A program made the translations under genes and the position numbers. The notes below the pieces were generated by a model. The model saw only the letters and a program-made list of their open reading frames with translations, was not told where the DNA came from and did not search any database. This document shows, piece by piece, positions 28,110-41,854 of a DNA stretch of 64,000 nucleotides. How positions within the stretch are numbered: position 1 is the stretch's first letter; each line of letters begins with the position of its first letter. This DNA is from Geosiphon pyriformis uo1 (Eukaryota > Fungi > Glomeromycota): contig JAAOMT010000595.1 in the NCBI GenBank assembly GCA_016748015.1, positions 66,282-130,281 on the forward strand. Direction: 5' to 3'.

Positions 28110-30030
28110 TTTTTTTATTAAAACTTAATAAGTGAAGCCCAATTACTATCTAGTACATAGAACCAGACTAAGTAGCCCAAACTAAACATAACTCATGCAC
28201 TTACTACATGTGACTAGCTATTTGGGCCAAACAAAACAATACTATACATTTATATAAACACAAATATTACCATCCAAATCTAAATAAAAAAGACAAGACC
28301 TCTAACAGCCAAAACTAACAGCAAAAAACTCAACAATACCAAGTATTCTGACCACACCATCTGAAAAAATAGACACTAAACTACAAGACAAATCTAACAC
28401 TACACTTTTGTCTCTAATCAAACCAGTCTTTTTTATATCAACTCTAAATTTAGACCTCAACAGTTATGTTCTAAAACAATGTAGCTTCACCAGATATCTT
28501 ACAAAATTAATAGCAACAAAAGTGGCTTTCTTTCTACAATCAAAAATTCCTATGGCCTCTGCCAACCAACTTCTAAACACAAATCTTTTGTACACAACAG
28601 CATAAGTTCCAGAGTCTAACAAACAACAAAAAAGTGTCTTCAAAATGACAAAAAAAGAAAACAGACCAAGAACATCAGCCAAAACAGCCCATTACATGAA
28701 GGCTTCTGCCAAAATCTCACTCCAAATACCAACATCTTGACCACAAATGAAAACATGATTTAACAACTCCACTTTACCACACAACAAACACAGCACACTA
28801 GGATAATCTCTATTATACAATTTTTTTCTGACAACCATAGACAACTGCCCATGTACTGCTTTTATCAAGTAAGTATGAAGATTAGATAACTTTCAACTTG
28901 TAGAACCAGCAAGCATGTATGAGTCCAGATGTCAGAACTTTACAGTAATATCCCAATCAATATCCATGACAAATAAAACAAAAACCATGTTACAGCCAGA
29001 ACCAGTCTCTTATTGAGTACAACAAACAGACTTAAAAATATTTTTGACAAAATGGTAAGCATTGCCAAAAACAGCAGTGTCTTCAGTTATCAAAAAAAGT
29101 TCACACACATCTGCCAGCAAATAAAAAAGAAAATTAGCAGTCATGTTAGCAGCAGTATTTGCTCTATCATTATCATAAATCCCAGAATAACCCTTGATCT
29201 TAACCTAATTAACTATAAGATCCTTATTTCTAATTAAATTAAAAATATGTTTTCTTTCAATTTAGCATTGGTTGTGGAAATCAGGTGCAGCCAAAACCAC
29301 TTTTGACACATATGCATCAATAACTGCTTAACTGTTGAGATGTAAAACCAAAAAACAAGAAAATAGTACACACTCCAAAGACAAAGCAACAGTTTACAAC
29401 TCAGCCATAGTAGAAAAGGCAAGGCCATATACTTCTATACCAATACTCATGTTCAATGCTGGAAAATATGCAGCAGCACTACTAACTATATTAGCAGAGC
29501 TGGCATTCTTTAATAAACTATTTAAATAAATCTCAAACAAGTCAAACCAAACTTCATGTAAACCATCTTGCAGCTTAATAAACTCTCTAGAATTTAAAAT
29601 GCTCAACTTATCTGGCTAAAAAAAAACAGACAGAACTGGTGGCAAAGAACTATTATTGTGCAGAAATCTTGATGTAATATTAAACTAGTAAAGAACAAGG
29701 CCTCTGGGATCCAATTTTTTTTACTGACAGAAGGTTTTCCAATCCATAATACAGTCTTTCTTATTAAAAAGCTTATTACCAAAAACAACTCCAAAATGCT
29801 TTAAAAAATAAACAGAACTGAGATATAAAGTTTTCTCAAGAATTGATGACATAGAGAAAATACCAGGACAACAAAAGACATTGGACAAATTGTTTGCCAA
29901 AAACAGCTTATTACTTAAAAAAATCTTAACTACACCAGCCAAAAACTTGTTTACAGAACTAACAAGCAACTTAACAGGGAACTGCAAAGGATTCAGAAGA
30001 GTCCACTCCAAAACCTGCAGATTTAAAAAT
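28110..30030 (-). mobile_element. 5'-truncated LINE (RNase H, C-terminal domain, 3' UTR), tail-to-tail with the 20-27 kb LINE
   Basis: Minus ORFs 29721-30011, 29394-29606 and 28464-28682 are homologous to the ORF2 C-half. The conserved 3' UTR motif lies at 28120-28245, followed by an A-rich tail. Confidence 0.85.
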
Positions 30031-32927
30031 CTTGTTTATTAATTGATTAAAGAAAAAACATTAAGATTACAATATTAAGAATTGTTTAGTAAAAAATACC
30101 AAAAAAAAGTATCAAAAAAATTAGAAATTATTTATTAAAAAAATAAAAAACACTGAAATAAATTAATTACTATATTAAAAAAATTAGATATTAAATATTG
30201 TTTGCTATTATATTAAATTTTTGTTTATTATATAAAAAACTTTTAAATTAATTATTAATTTTATTAAATACCAAGTTACAAAAAACTTCAATAACTGTAA
30301 AATTTACTTATAATAATACAAAATAATTTTTTAAATTAAATTATTTATTAAAAAAGATACATAAAACTTATTTTTAATAAAAATAATATTCAATTTTAAA
30401 AAACTCAAAAATACAGCCAATTTAATCTTTAAGTTATTTAAATTAAAAATAAAAACCTAAATTTACAATTATTATATTAATATTTTCTTTAAAAATAGTT
30501 AAAATTATATCAAAATTAAAATTTAAAAACAAAATAATAATTTATATTAAAAAAATAATCTTAAATTTTATTTTAATATATTTAATTTGGTTTTAAAATA
30601 AACAAAAAAAAGTTTAAAAAACATTATTTAAAATCATATTAAAATTATTAATACAACTAAAAAAATAATTAAATAAAACTATTTAAGCTTAAAACTTTTT
30701 ATTAAATATAATTAAATATGTAATAAAAACATTTTTTTTTGTTTAAATATTAACAAATTTAATTTAATTTAACTTAAATAACATATATTTAACAAATTTT
30801 TTAAGTTAATTTAAAAAAATTACATTTTAATTTAATATAATTAAAATATTTATAATTTTTACAATAAATCAAATTTAATTTAGTTTATAACAAATTAATT
30901 ATATTAAATATAAAAATAATACAATAAGTTTTTTTAAAATTTATGTTAGTTTTAAAACAAATAATTATATATTTTATTTTATTATTAATAGCAAATATAT
31001 AATTAATAATATAAGTTTTTTTTATTTATTTTATCTAATAAATTACTAAGATTATAAACAGTAATAAAATAAATAATATAATTTTAATTTTATTTCTTGG
31101 TTTTTAAATATTTTAATTTTTAATAGTTTTAGCTACATAAACAGAATTTTTATTAATTAATATAAATTATTTATTAATTAATAATTTAATTTAATTTAAT
31201 TTAACAAATTTTATTATAATTTTTTGTTATAATCTAATTAATTACAATTAAATTAATAGAATCTTGTCAAACTTAAATAAAACTAAAATAATTATTTTTT
31301 AAAAATATTTATAAAAATTTTTTAATTATTATAATTGAATTTAATGTTATATTTTATTTTTTGAAATTAGTATTTATTAAAATATTCTTATCAATAGCCA
31401 ATATTATAGTTTTATTTAAACTGAATTTTAATGTAAATATCAATTTAATAAATTTTAAAAAGATAAAAATTATATATTAGAAAAAAATTTTTTTAATTAC
31501 TTATACTTTTTTAATAGAATTTTTTTTTTAATAGCTAAAAAATTAATATTTAGATTATAATTATTTTTAACTTTTTTTTAATAATTACAAAAACAAATTA
31601 ATTAATTTTAAAATTATAGAAAAAACAAACAAAAAAAACATCTTTTTATCTTTAATATTATAAACAATAAAAAGGTTATTATTTTGTTAATATTTATTTT
31701 TTTTATTTTTAAAGTGTTTATTTAAAAGTCTAAAAAAGCTTTATTCTTATTATTTATTTTAAATTCATTATTAATTACTATAAATCTTTTCATTTTTTTC
31801 TTAGAATCAGTTTTTATACTTTTAATCTGCTAATATTAACTAAATTACCATTTAAAAAAGACTTGCTTAAGAAAAAACAACTTTATTATTTAAGTTTTTA
31901 ATCTTTTTTTTATATTTCTTGGTCTTTGTGTAAAGACACTACTAATAGAATCGTAAATAACTTTTTTTATCAACTTTTTTTTATTATACTAATAGTTATC
32001 AGTTTTAAAACAAAAGAGTTTGTATTTTGTAAAATAATAAAAGATATAACAGAAAAAACAAAAAACTTTTTTTAAAATTTAAAAAATTTAAGAAAGAAGT
32101 ATTATTAATTGTTATATAATATATATATATTATATTAATAAACAAATATAAATTTAATATGTTTTAAATAATAATATTGTTAAGATTTTAAAAATTAATT
32201 TAAGTATTATAAAAATTGTTTTTTATGTTTTTTAACAACAAATTTATTTTGTTGTTAGTAATTAAAAGCATTTTGTCAAACTTTTTTATCAAATCAAAAT
32301 CTTTAATGTTTGTGAGTTTTTAAAGTTTCATAATATTAAAAAATTTATAATCGAACAAAATTTTATATTGAAAAAATAAATTTATAATAATTTTTTTTAT
32401 TAAAAAGATTGAAAGGCATAATCTTGTTTGGTGGCGTAGAAATCAACCCGCTTGTTGCTATCTAAGAAAGGTACCCACATGGTCTCTTGGTTACATACAA
32501 TCATTTTTAATTACCGGGCATGTGACAGATTTTTAACCGTTTCGGTCTTAGTCAAAATCTGATAAATGCAATAATGACACCATAATACCTTTTACTTGCT
32601 TTTGACCTATTCCATAAATGGAAATTTAAAATCTGATAATTCCCATTTGTTTATCAGAATGATATATTAAAAAAATTGAGTTGGGTTCTAACAGTTTGCC
32701 AATTAATTGAATGATGTCGGGCAAACTCGGGGCGAAACTGACACAAACAATGAGATAGGGTTTGGGGATTGTAATTAAATTAATAATATATTTATGTATA
32801 TAATCATGAACTGATGGTCTTTTTGGTTTTTGGTTCGGGTTTCGTTTTCGTTTTCGTTTTCTTTTCGCTTATTAACTTCAAAAACTTACCATTTGTATTA
32901 AATAGCAAGAATAATCACAAAAATAAG

Positions 32928-34156
32928 ATGAACAAATTGGGGCGGCTATTTGATGTTATCAGAAATACAAACTTTTCACCTGTTATATCAAATGGTGAAG
33001 CCAAACTATCAAAAACAGCAGCAACAAAAACGCTGACCAATACATCTGCATCATCTTCATCAATACCTCCCATGACAAATCCTTCGTCAGATGATATCGT
33101 AACATTAGCAGAAATTGAAGCTAACACTAAACAAACATCTGACGATCCATGCATTGTATGTTCAAATCCATGTCCAGATCATGACAACTATCCAAGATAT
33201 CTCAAAATAGATCAAAATTCCATATTAGAGGGCACCGTTAAACCATATTACAAACATGTGATCATCTCAACAGGAAAATCGGATTGGCCAGATCGGATTG
33301 AAGATGATACTGACACCTTGGCTTCAAGTCTAACTTGTGCAATTAAAGCAGGAGATAAACAAAAGGGAGATCTGAGTAGTAAAAAGAAAGAAAAGAAAAA
33401 ATCGCGTGACAAAAATGAGCCTGATCCATTATTGATCAAGATCGAAACTTTTGGTGGTCAATCTGAAAAACCACGTATAGTAATCACTAATAGCAGTCGC
33501 TTGAATTCCGATCATGCTTCTTTTTCCACTGGCAACGATATTCTTTTGTACCCGGAGAATCTGTTGGTTCGAAAAGTGAAACCCATGCAGGCTGTGGATT
33601 TCTATGAAAGATTCTTGGCGAATCGAGCAACATTACATCAGGACAAAGATAACTCCGATGACAGGACATCCATAGTTGAATTTCAAATTGAACCAGTGCC
33701 TTATAAAGCGGTAATACTGATTTGTTCACATCGTCATCGAGATAAGAGGTGTGGTGTGACGGCACCCCTGTTAAAAACTGAATTAGACTCGGTGCTTAAA
33801 AAGAAAGGTCTGGATTTGGAGACGAGACCAATTGATGGGGTTGGAGTATTCATGACTAGTCATATTGGTGGTAGGTTTTAGATTAATATGATGTTTGATC
33901 GATTAAATTAAAATTTCTTGACGTCGACATTATATTTATATTCTCACTGAATTTTAAATCAGGTCACAAATTTGCCGGCAATCTGATTGTGTATCGAGAT
34001 GGGCAAGGGATTTGGTATGGTCGGGTCACCCCATGTCATGCTCGTGCCATCATTGAAACAACCGTAATCGAGGGGAAAGTGATCAAAGATTTATATCGTG
34101 GGGCGATGAATGGAAGTTTTACACCGGGCAAAAACTGCGGAAAGCTGGAATGGTAA
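32928..34156 (+). CDS. APD1: Apd1/Aim32-family thioredoxin-like ferredoxin (sucrase/ferredoxin-like), about 378 aa; exons 32928-33870 and 33963-34156
   Basis: Spliced product (GT..AG intron 33871-33962) has C-x8-C (CSHRHRDKRC), HIGGHKFAGN and WYGRV. C-terminus ...KLEW. The start is uncertain (upstream ATG at 32814). Confidence 0.85.
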
Positions 34157-35099
34157 ATTGGCCAAGATTATCGATCATTTAATTAGAGGAGCAAGCTGGG
34201 TACTTCTTTGATAGATTCTAAACTCCAGAACCAAAATATCGACTGACCCTTATGATCCAAACATTTTATGTCAGCTTTTTAATTTCAACTTTTGAACTTG
34301 ACATTAAGCAAATCTTTTTATTATTTACCATTTAAAATAAAACTCTGGAAATTTATGCTGAATCTAAAGCTTTAAACCTAAAACTTGAGAAACAGTTCCA
34401 TTGATAAACTATTGCGAAAAATTGATCAATCAAGTGTTTATCTCTAATTAAGAATTATCACACTTCTGAAAGGACCTCAAGAATTCTTGGGCCCCTCTTA
34501 ACCCTCAAGCCATTACCATCAAAATTGTTGTATTCTGGTCGAATTTCGCAATGAAAGTGATCCTTCTCCAGATTATATTAAGGTTGAGATTTTTATATTA
34601 AAGAGAGAGTCTCAAAAATCAAAGACTCGCGGAATTTTTAGCGATCATTTAAAAAACCTTAGTTTGATCTTGATGTTAAACCTTTTAATTTATAAATCTT
34701 TTATATTTTGATATTAATTGGTAAAACTATTTATAATACATTTTGCAAAAGCTTAAATCTTAATTATTAAAAATTGTGGCGAATAGAATATTGTGACAAA
34801 GTTAGCAAAATAAATTCGTATGCAAGTAAAAATATTATTTTCTCACTTAAACAATTGGCATTTTTTATCACAACCCATCACAAATTATTAATTTGATTAA
34901 AATACCTCTATTTGCCAAAATATTTTTTTACTTCTATAAAATTAAATAAAGCAACAAAAAAATTATTAAAAATCATTACGAAACTTATAAAAAAATCAAA
35001 ATAAGTTGATAAAAAAATATTATATATATTTTTAACAGTAATATACTTATATCAAATTCAAGAAATTATGGAAATATATATATAAATTAAAATTTATCT

Positions 35100-36005
35100 T
35101 AGTAACTATTGTAATTTTTGGTGCTTTTATATAATATTAGTTTTTAAAAATGTGTTTGTGTTTTAAAAGTCTTTGTTATATTTGAAAATTTTATTAATTT
35201 ACTTTTTAAGTTATATTTGTATAAGTTTTTTTATAAAAAACAAAAGTATTAAAACTTTTTAAAAATTACTATTAAGTTAAGTTATTGTAATTACTTATAA
35301 TTGTGTTTAGTTTAATTTATATTATTTAATTGTAATCAATAAAGTTTAAAATTGTTTTTTTTCTTTTTAGTAAATTAATAATCTGTTTGAGATTAAATTT
35401 TATAATGTACTTTGTTTTTATTAGACTATTATATTATTAAATTATTTTGTTATAATAAATAAATTATTATATATTTTTTTGGTTGTTTTTAAATTAATCA
35501 AATTTTTAAGAAAAAAACAAAGAAATTAGTATTTTATTAATTATTATAATCAATAATAATTGGTATAACTATTGATTTAAAAGTAATTATGCTAATTATA
35601 TTTGGTTTTTTGATAAAAGTTATATAAAAAAAATTTAATTTATGAATTAAAAAGATTTTTTTTATTGAAATTAAAAAATAAAAATATAATTAGATTTGAT
35701 TATTTTAATTGAATTTTGAATTTTAAAAATAAAATGTTTTTTTTTAAGTTAATATTATTTATATATATATATTTTTAGTTTTATAAAATAATTTCTAAAA
35801 GCTTAATATTTTATATTATTTTTATGTTATTTTATTATTTTTATTTATAATTTATTATATTATATTATATAATTTATTATTATTATTATTTATTTTGTAT
35901 TATTGTTAATTATTTTATATTATTATTAGTTATTTTGTATTATTTTATATTAATACACAATAATTTATGTTATTGTATATTATTTTATATTAAATTTTTT
36001 GGTAA
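35100..36005 (-). mobile_element. Extremely eroded family-B-like LTR relic
   Basis: 35515-35575 aligns with LTR-B AAATTAGTATCATCAATCACCGTGATCAAGAGCAATTGG. 35870-35990 keeps the 10-bp TAT-phased array. Boundaries approximate. Confidence 0.5.
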
Positions 36006-36978
36006 TTAATTAATATTTTTATTTAGTAATATTTAATAAAAATTACAGATTTGGAAATTTTTTCAACAATAATAATAATTTTATTAAAAAATATATATTA
36101 TTATGTATAATTATAGATTATAATATATACATAAATATATAGACTATTTTAATATTTAAAAAAGTAAAAAAATTGTAAAATAAAATATTTAAAGCCAAAA
36201 ATAATATTGTTATTATTGTTTGTTTTTGAACAAAAATCACTTTATTGTAAGTTTTATAAAAAAAATTGTTAAAAAACATTTTAAATACTATTAGTTTTAT
36301 TTATTATAAAATTATTAAAAATTTTCTTTATTTTCAATATTTTTTTACTTTATTTTATTCAAACAATAAAAAAATTATTTTAAAATTAAAATTTTGTATT
36401 AATTAATAATTTTTGGCAGTTTTTTAAACAGTTTTTTAAAAATTAAGTGATTAATAATTTTTAAAATAATTTTTAAATAATAACAAAAATATGATATTTT
36501 AGCCAAAATGTCTTAAAAAACCAATTATTTATGTTAAAAATATGAGTTTAAAAAGTTGATTTGAATTTGTTATTTAAAAAATGCTTTATGTTTTGTTAAC
36601 TGTTTTTATTACTGAAAAACTATTTTAATTATTATTTTCTTAGTTATATTAATTTAAAAATTTAAGGTTTTAATTCTTAATTTATAATTAAAAATTGCAT
36701 TTAACTTTTATATTAATTTTAAAATTTTTTTAATTTATAAATGTAATAATTTTTAATACAATAATTTTGTTTTTAATAAAAATTGGTAATAAAAAATATT
36801 TTATTTATTATGTTTCTTATTTTATTATTATTATTATTATGCAATAAAATTATTTACATCTATATAAAAACAAAAGACCATAAGCTTTAAGTTAAATCAT
36901 CTTCGCTGAACATTTACAATCACGTGATCTTTGGGATTCACATAAATTAATGTCCGTTGTAGAATAAAGGCGTCAACT

Positions 36979-38002
36979 TCAATTCTCTTCTTCCTCAATC
37001 CCTTCAAAAGCCAAGGGTTTAGAGGAATCTATTCGAATACTGTGGCTTGAATTTGATGTATATAGTAATGCATCACCAGACGTTGACAAACGAGGACTGA
37101 TGACAGCCGAGCTTGAGAAATTCTTGCATTTTTTTAACGCAAAAGATCGCACAACTATTGCGAAATAGATCTAGACCCGAGGATTTAAATTAATTGAAAT
37201 CAAAAAATGACCTTAAAAGTATAAACCCCGCTCAAAGATTCAACCAAGACCAAACATCAAGTAAAAACTCGATCAAGTTTTGAGCTTACGTGGACAACCG
37301 ATGCTACCAATAAAAATAATACTGCAAACGTAGATTCGGCTTTCCAGGCGGGTAATGATGACGGTGACGCGTTTTTCCATTTAGTATATTGGGTGGATGG
37401 AAGATCAATGGCATCTTTTGCCAATGGGGCATGATCATTTACAAAATACCAATGACAAGCAAAGACTAAAGTGAATATTGTGTTTATAGCCAAGTCTACC
37501 CAGTAGAATTGTGAATAAAATAAAATAATTTCTTGGTCATCCTGAATTTTGGTGCATAGAAATCGTTAATAAACCGTGATCTAAAAAAAGGATGGATCCT
37601 TAGGAGTAGTGAAAAATATTCTTACTTTACTTATTCCATAAAGACTATATCCAAAGACTGCTGCTGTCAATATCGAATATATATATGAAATTACCGAGAT
37701 CACTCCACCTCCATAAAATAATAAAAGTACTCCGTAAAACCCTGAAATCTTATTCAACTTCGTTTCCAAAAAAACAAACGCGGTTAGGATGTGAGAAAGG
37801 AAAAAACTGAAAAATAAACATACATACCAAAGCAGTTATAGTGATCAAATATACACCTTTTTTACATCATGCAAAAGAAGAAGCACTTGATGAGGAAAAC
37901 TTGGAAGAATCGTGGAACAAGAAAATCTATGCTGGCGTTAATACCTGCTTTTAAGTTAATGAATCCACAAAAGCTTCGAACTTGTATTTTGTCAATAAAC
38001 AT
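36979..38002 (-). CDS. KEI1: Inositol phosphorylceramide synthase regulatory subunit Kei1-like (DUF1753), 220 aa; exons 38002-37945, 37856-37828, 37757-37626, 37541-37290, 37170-36979
   Basis: Spliced product MFIDKIQVRSFCGFINLKAGVYLITITALLNKISGFYGVLLLF...SYIYS...FYWVD...ESTFAVLFL...HIYFAIVVRSFA. All introns are GT..AG and the frame is intact. SFxG and NKxSGxYG are typical Kei1 motifs. Confidence 0.82.
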
Positions 38003-38174
38003 TGCTCCTAATGGTCTGGGTGAAAATTTAAACATACGGTTAATTTACTAAGAATTTAATCACTGAGAAAAGTAGTGTTACATTGACTGGTGATTGTCAC
38101 TAAATAAATTCCCTGTTGGAATTTAAACCGCTTTTTTTTGCAAAATGTTTCTAGTCTCACACTAAACGGCAAAA
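38003..38174. promoter_or_regulatory. Putative bidirectional promoter between KEI1 and CDCA7-like
   Basis: Divergent start codons at 38002 (-) and 38175 (+), only 172 bp apart. Confidence 0.55.
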
Positions 38175-39703
38175 ATGGAATCCGAAATACTTATAGTAAG
38201 TTATTCTGATTCCTCTAAGTTCACGAAAGAAACACGTTAATTGTTGGTGCGCGACCCAGGGAGTAAAATACGAACAAGAACGCGAAAAGCGTATCAAAGA
38301 AAATAGGGCCCTCTTAGAAACCCTAGGATTCAATAAATTTTGGGTTGACGAGCCAAAACTTAAACTAAGCCCCAAGCCGAAAGTGAAAAAAGAGAAATTA
38401 GATGGTGAATATGAACACTTGCCACCGACGCGTCGAAGTACTCGTGTGCAGAAAGAGGTATACATGAAACTTATTTTATGAGCCCTTCCCTTCTCAAATA
38501 CTAAGAGGAAATGGTTTAAACGCGTAAAATAAACGTTTTCCTTGCTTGCAGATTATAAACCAGTCACCTGAATATGAAAAGCTTGACATCTCCTTTTACG
38601 AGGAAAGGTACTAAAGTTCAAAAGCTTAGTCAAATGTCATGTGTTTGTTGTAGATTTAATTCGCTTTTTTATAGTGATAGTTCGGATGAAGAATCTAACC
38701 CGAAGCCTATTAAGAGACTCCATAAAAAGTACTACCAAGTGAAAGGAACACGAACGAAAAATCCAGGGAGACGTTATCAAGGAGGGCGAGTATACGACTC
38801 GGTGAATGGTACCACTTGCCATCAATGTCGCCAAAAAACTATTGAAGATAAAGTTCGATGCACGGTAAATTGATTTATAGATAACTAAGGGAACACGATA
38901 CATTCCGTTTAACTTGATTTTTTCTGTGCTCTAAAGAATAGGTTGGCTGATGGTGAACTGTGCAGAGTCATGCTTGACGAAAGATGTCTTCTTGGAAGGT
39001 ATAAAAGTCATAGTTTATTTGGGATTTATTATCCGTTCATTTATACAACCATTCATTTATACAACCATTCTACTTGATAAGATATGGGGAGACTCTAGAT
39101 CAAGCACGGGATACAGGAGAATGGTCATGCCCAAAGTGCCGTGATGTCTGTAATTGCTCTTTCTGCCGTATCAAAAAAGGCTTAACTCCGACTGGGCAAC
39201 TAAAGGACAAGGCTTTAGCCAAGGGATTCAAAAGTGTCATGCATTTTCTGGGTGATACACTCACCTCGAGAAACTCGTTGAAGATAAAAGATGAGACTCA
39301 AGAATTCTTAGGAAACATAGAACAAACATCAACCCCAACTTACCCACAAGTTAAAAAGTCAAAAGCTAAAAAACGACCAAAGATGGAATATGAAGAAACA
39401 AATTCCAGAAGACAACTGAGGCCAGAAAGGACTTATGTCAAAATTGAAGATAAAGAAAGCAAGCCTTTTGTAAAATTTCAGCAAACTCGAATTCCTGAAC
39501 GCATAACTATCCCCCAGTCGGGTCACGAACCGCTTTTGAAGCTCGAAGAGGATACAAAGAGACGTTTGAAATTGGAAGATTGTATAGATTGGGACAAATT
39601 TCCTGGCGGTGTGTGTGTTTACATAGCAGAAAGCCCTGAAGATTTTTTTAAAAACGAGGTTGAGACACTCTTAGAGGTCTCCGATTTCAAATGCCCAAGA
39701 TAA
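38175..39703 (+). CDS. CDCA7: CDCA7-like zf-4CXXC_R1 protein (fungal CDCA7F type), about 382-389 aa; exons 38175-38195, 38260-38457, 38552-38607, 38654 (or 38675)-38864, 38937-38998, 39082-39703
   Basis: Spliced domain GTTCHQCRQKT...C...C...DERCLLGRYGE...WSCPKCRDVCNCSFCR...PTG...KGFKSV aligns with the CDCA7 zinc finger. N-terminal YEQEREKRIKENRALLETLG helix and RRSTR motif. Confidence 0.9.
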
Positions 39704-41854
39704 AAAAAGAAGAGAGATAATGAAGATTGTATTAATTGAAAATTGAGATCGGGTCGCAAATGTGATTTCAAGACACATAAATGGAGGATTTTGAATTTGA
39801 GTCTTTAATTTCTGTTTATACTTTTTTCAAAGGATATTTTATCCTAGATTTGTTTTGATTATTTTTTTTTAAATAAAAGTATAAATTCTTGAAGTTTTGA
39901 ATATAATACAATTTAGAAACAATTGTAATTAATTAGAGCATTCTTTTTTAAGAGCTTTTTTTGTCAAAATAATAATGTTATACAAATAATACAATTAAAA
40001 TTTTTAAATAAATAATAAATTTAATATTATAATAATTAAATAAAAAATTATATTTAATATTTAAACTTTTTATAAACCTTAAAAACGTAAATAAATCTAT
40101 ATTATTATATTTATTTTACATTTATTGTAAATTATTAATATTAAAAAATTGTGAAACGAATTTTTGTTAATATTAAAATAAAATAAAAACAATATTACAA
40201 AAATAGTTTTTTAAAAGTTTTTTTGCACCAATATTTTAAATATAAAAAACTTAAAAGTTGATTTATGTAAATTATAAGTTTTTAAAATAATGTTTTATGG
40301 TTTTTAATAATATTAATTTTATATTAAATTTAGATTTTTGCTGTAATTTATTTTATTTTTAAGAATTTGACTTGTAATTACTTAATTTTGTAAATATATA
40401 AAATATTTAAAATAGTTAAATGATTTTTTTTTGTATTTTTACAATACAATTAAAGCAAATTATGTATTATATTTTTTAATAATTATAACGAAAAAACTTT
40501 TTGTCTTCTTAATTTTATGACCATGACCAGAGCAAAGAGTAAAAAAGCTGTACCCAATATCTGTTCTAAGATATCTAATAAAATTTCAATTAAAAGAGCT
40601 CTCTCTGTTGTAGAAGCAACTAGACAAAACGTTTTAGAAGCCTTCCCTTTACCTAGTAATCATGAAAAGCTGCCTTTGGTAGTCACTAAAGCAACTTCCT
40701 CATCTTTGGCTGGTTTTTCATCAGTCAAAGTTTCCTTAAAAAGACACACTTGGGTTAATTCCAATGTCACCTCCACCCCAACTAAAAGCCCAAAAGTTTT
40801 TAATAATAGACCAGTAAATAAGCTGGTCTTTCTATTCATAGATTCAACACTTAATGCTTCTAGCACCACTTTTTCAAAAAAAATGGTCAAAAAGACCAAA
40901 AGTTCAGAAAAGTGGGAGCAGTTGTTTGCCTCTGCTATTGTTATACCAAATCTCTTTGTGGTTTCCAATGAGATCTTGAATAAAATCTCCACAGCATCAT
41001 TTGGCATGTTGTCTAAGATGAGCCAAGATCAACTACTGGCTGTGTTGCCAAATGTGATGTCTTCCAGCAGATTTTTGCTAGTTCTGGAAGCAAAACAATC
41101 TTCTCCTGTTAAGTCATCTGTTCTTGAGAACTGGGCTGATCAAATGGAAACTGAATCATCTTCTCCTCTGGTTTCTGGTGCTACTTCTGATGGTGTTTGG
41201 GAAACTATTACTAGTCATCAAAGGTTTGCTGGGTAGATGGCCTCTACTCTGGTGCCTGGTACTATCTTTAATATCAAATTGGCTCATGTCAAGACTGTTT
41301 TTTAGTTGGTACATGGTTTTTTGGATGCAAAATCAATATCAAAAGACAATATAAAGCTGTTTTGTGTGGAATTTGCTTTTTAAGTGTCTTTGAAAGCTGT
41401 ATTTTTGGTTGAGCTTACAAGCTCTGTACATTTGGCCACTCTCAAAATTGCCAAGTCTTTGGTGATTTCTGAATTTGGTTCTTTTTCTGCTGCTGTTGTG
41501 CTACATGATGTGCCCTTGGGTGTATCTGCTGCTAACATTAAGACAGCTCTCAGTGTGTTTGGAAGTGTTACTCATATTGTGCTGAAGCCTGCTGGCGTTT
41601 GGCAGTATGTAGTGGTTCATTTTGAAAAGTTGGACTCTGCTGTCTGCTTTGAATCATTGGTCAGTTTTAGTGAGCAAAAATAGTGTTAAAATCCTCCCTC
41701 TGGTAAATCAACAAGAAACAATTGTGTCTCGTAATAGGTTTAAGGCCAAGTTGATCAACCTTCCTCCTGGCTGTACTGTCTTTGAGATTAGTAATATGAT
41801 CTTCCAGGTTGGTGTCAGACTTGTTTTATTCCTCATTTGTCTAATTCTGGTTGT

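Noticed and set aside
27100-32400. Extreme AT tracts as candidate centromere or organelle-derived DNA
   Set aside because: No tandem satellite or organellar gene is visible. Residual matches to LINE and LTR ends are better explained by eroded TEs.
32814-32927. Upstream ATG extending the ferredoxin ORF with an F/V-rich leader
   Set aside because: Encoded by a (TTTTCG)n low-complexity tract. ATG 32928 has a better context, though this is not proven.
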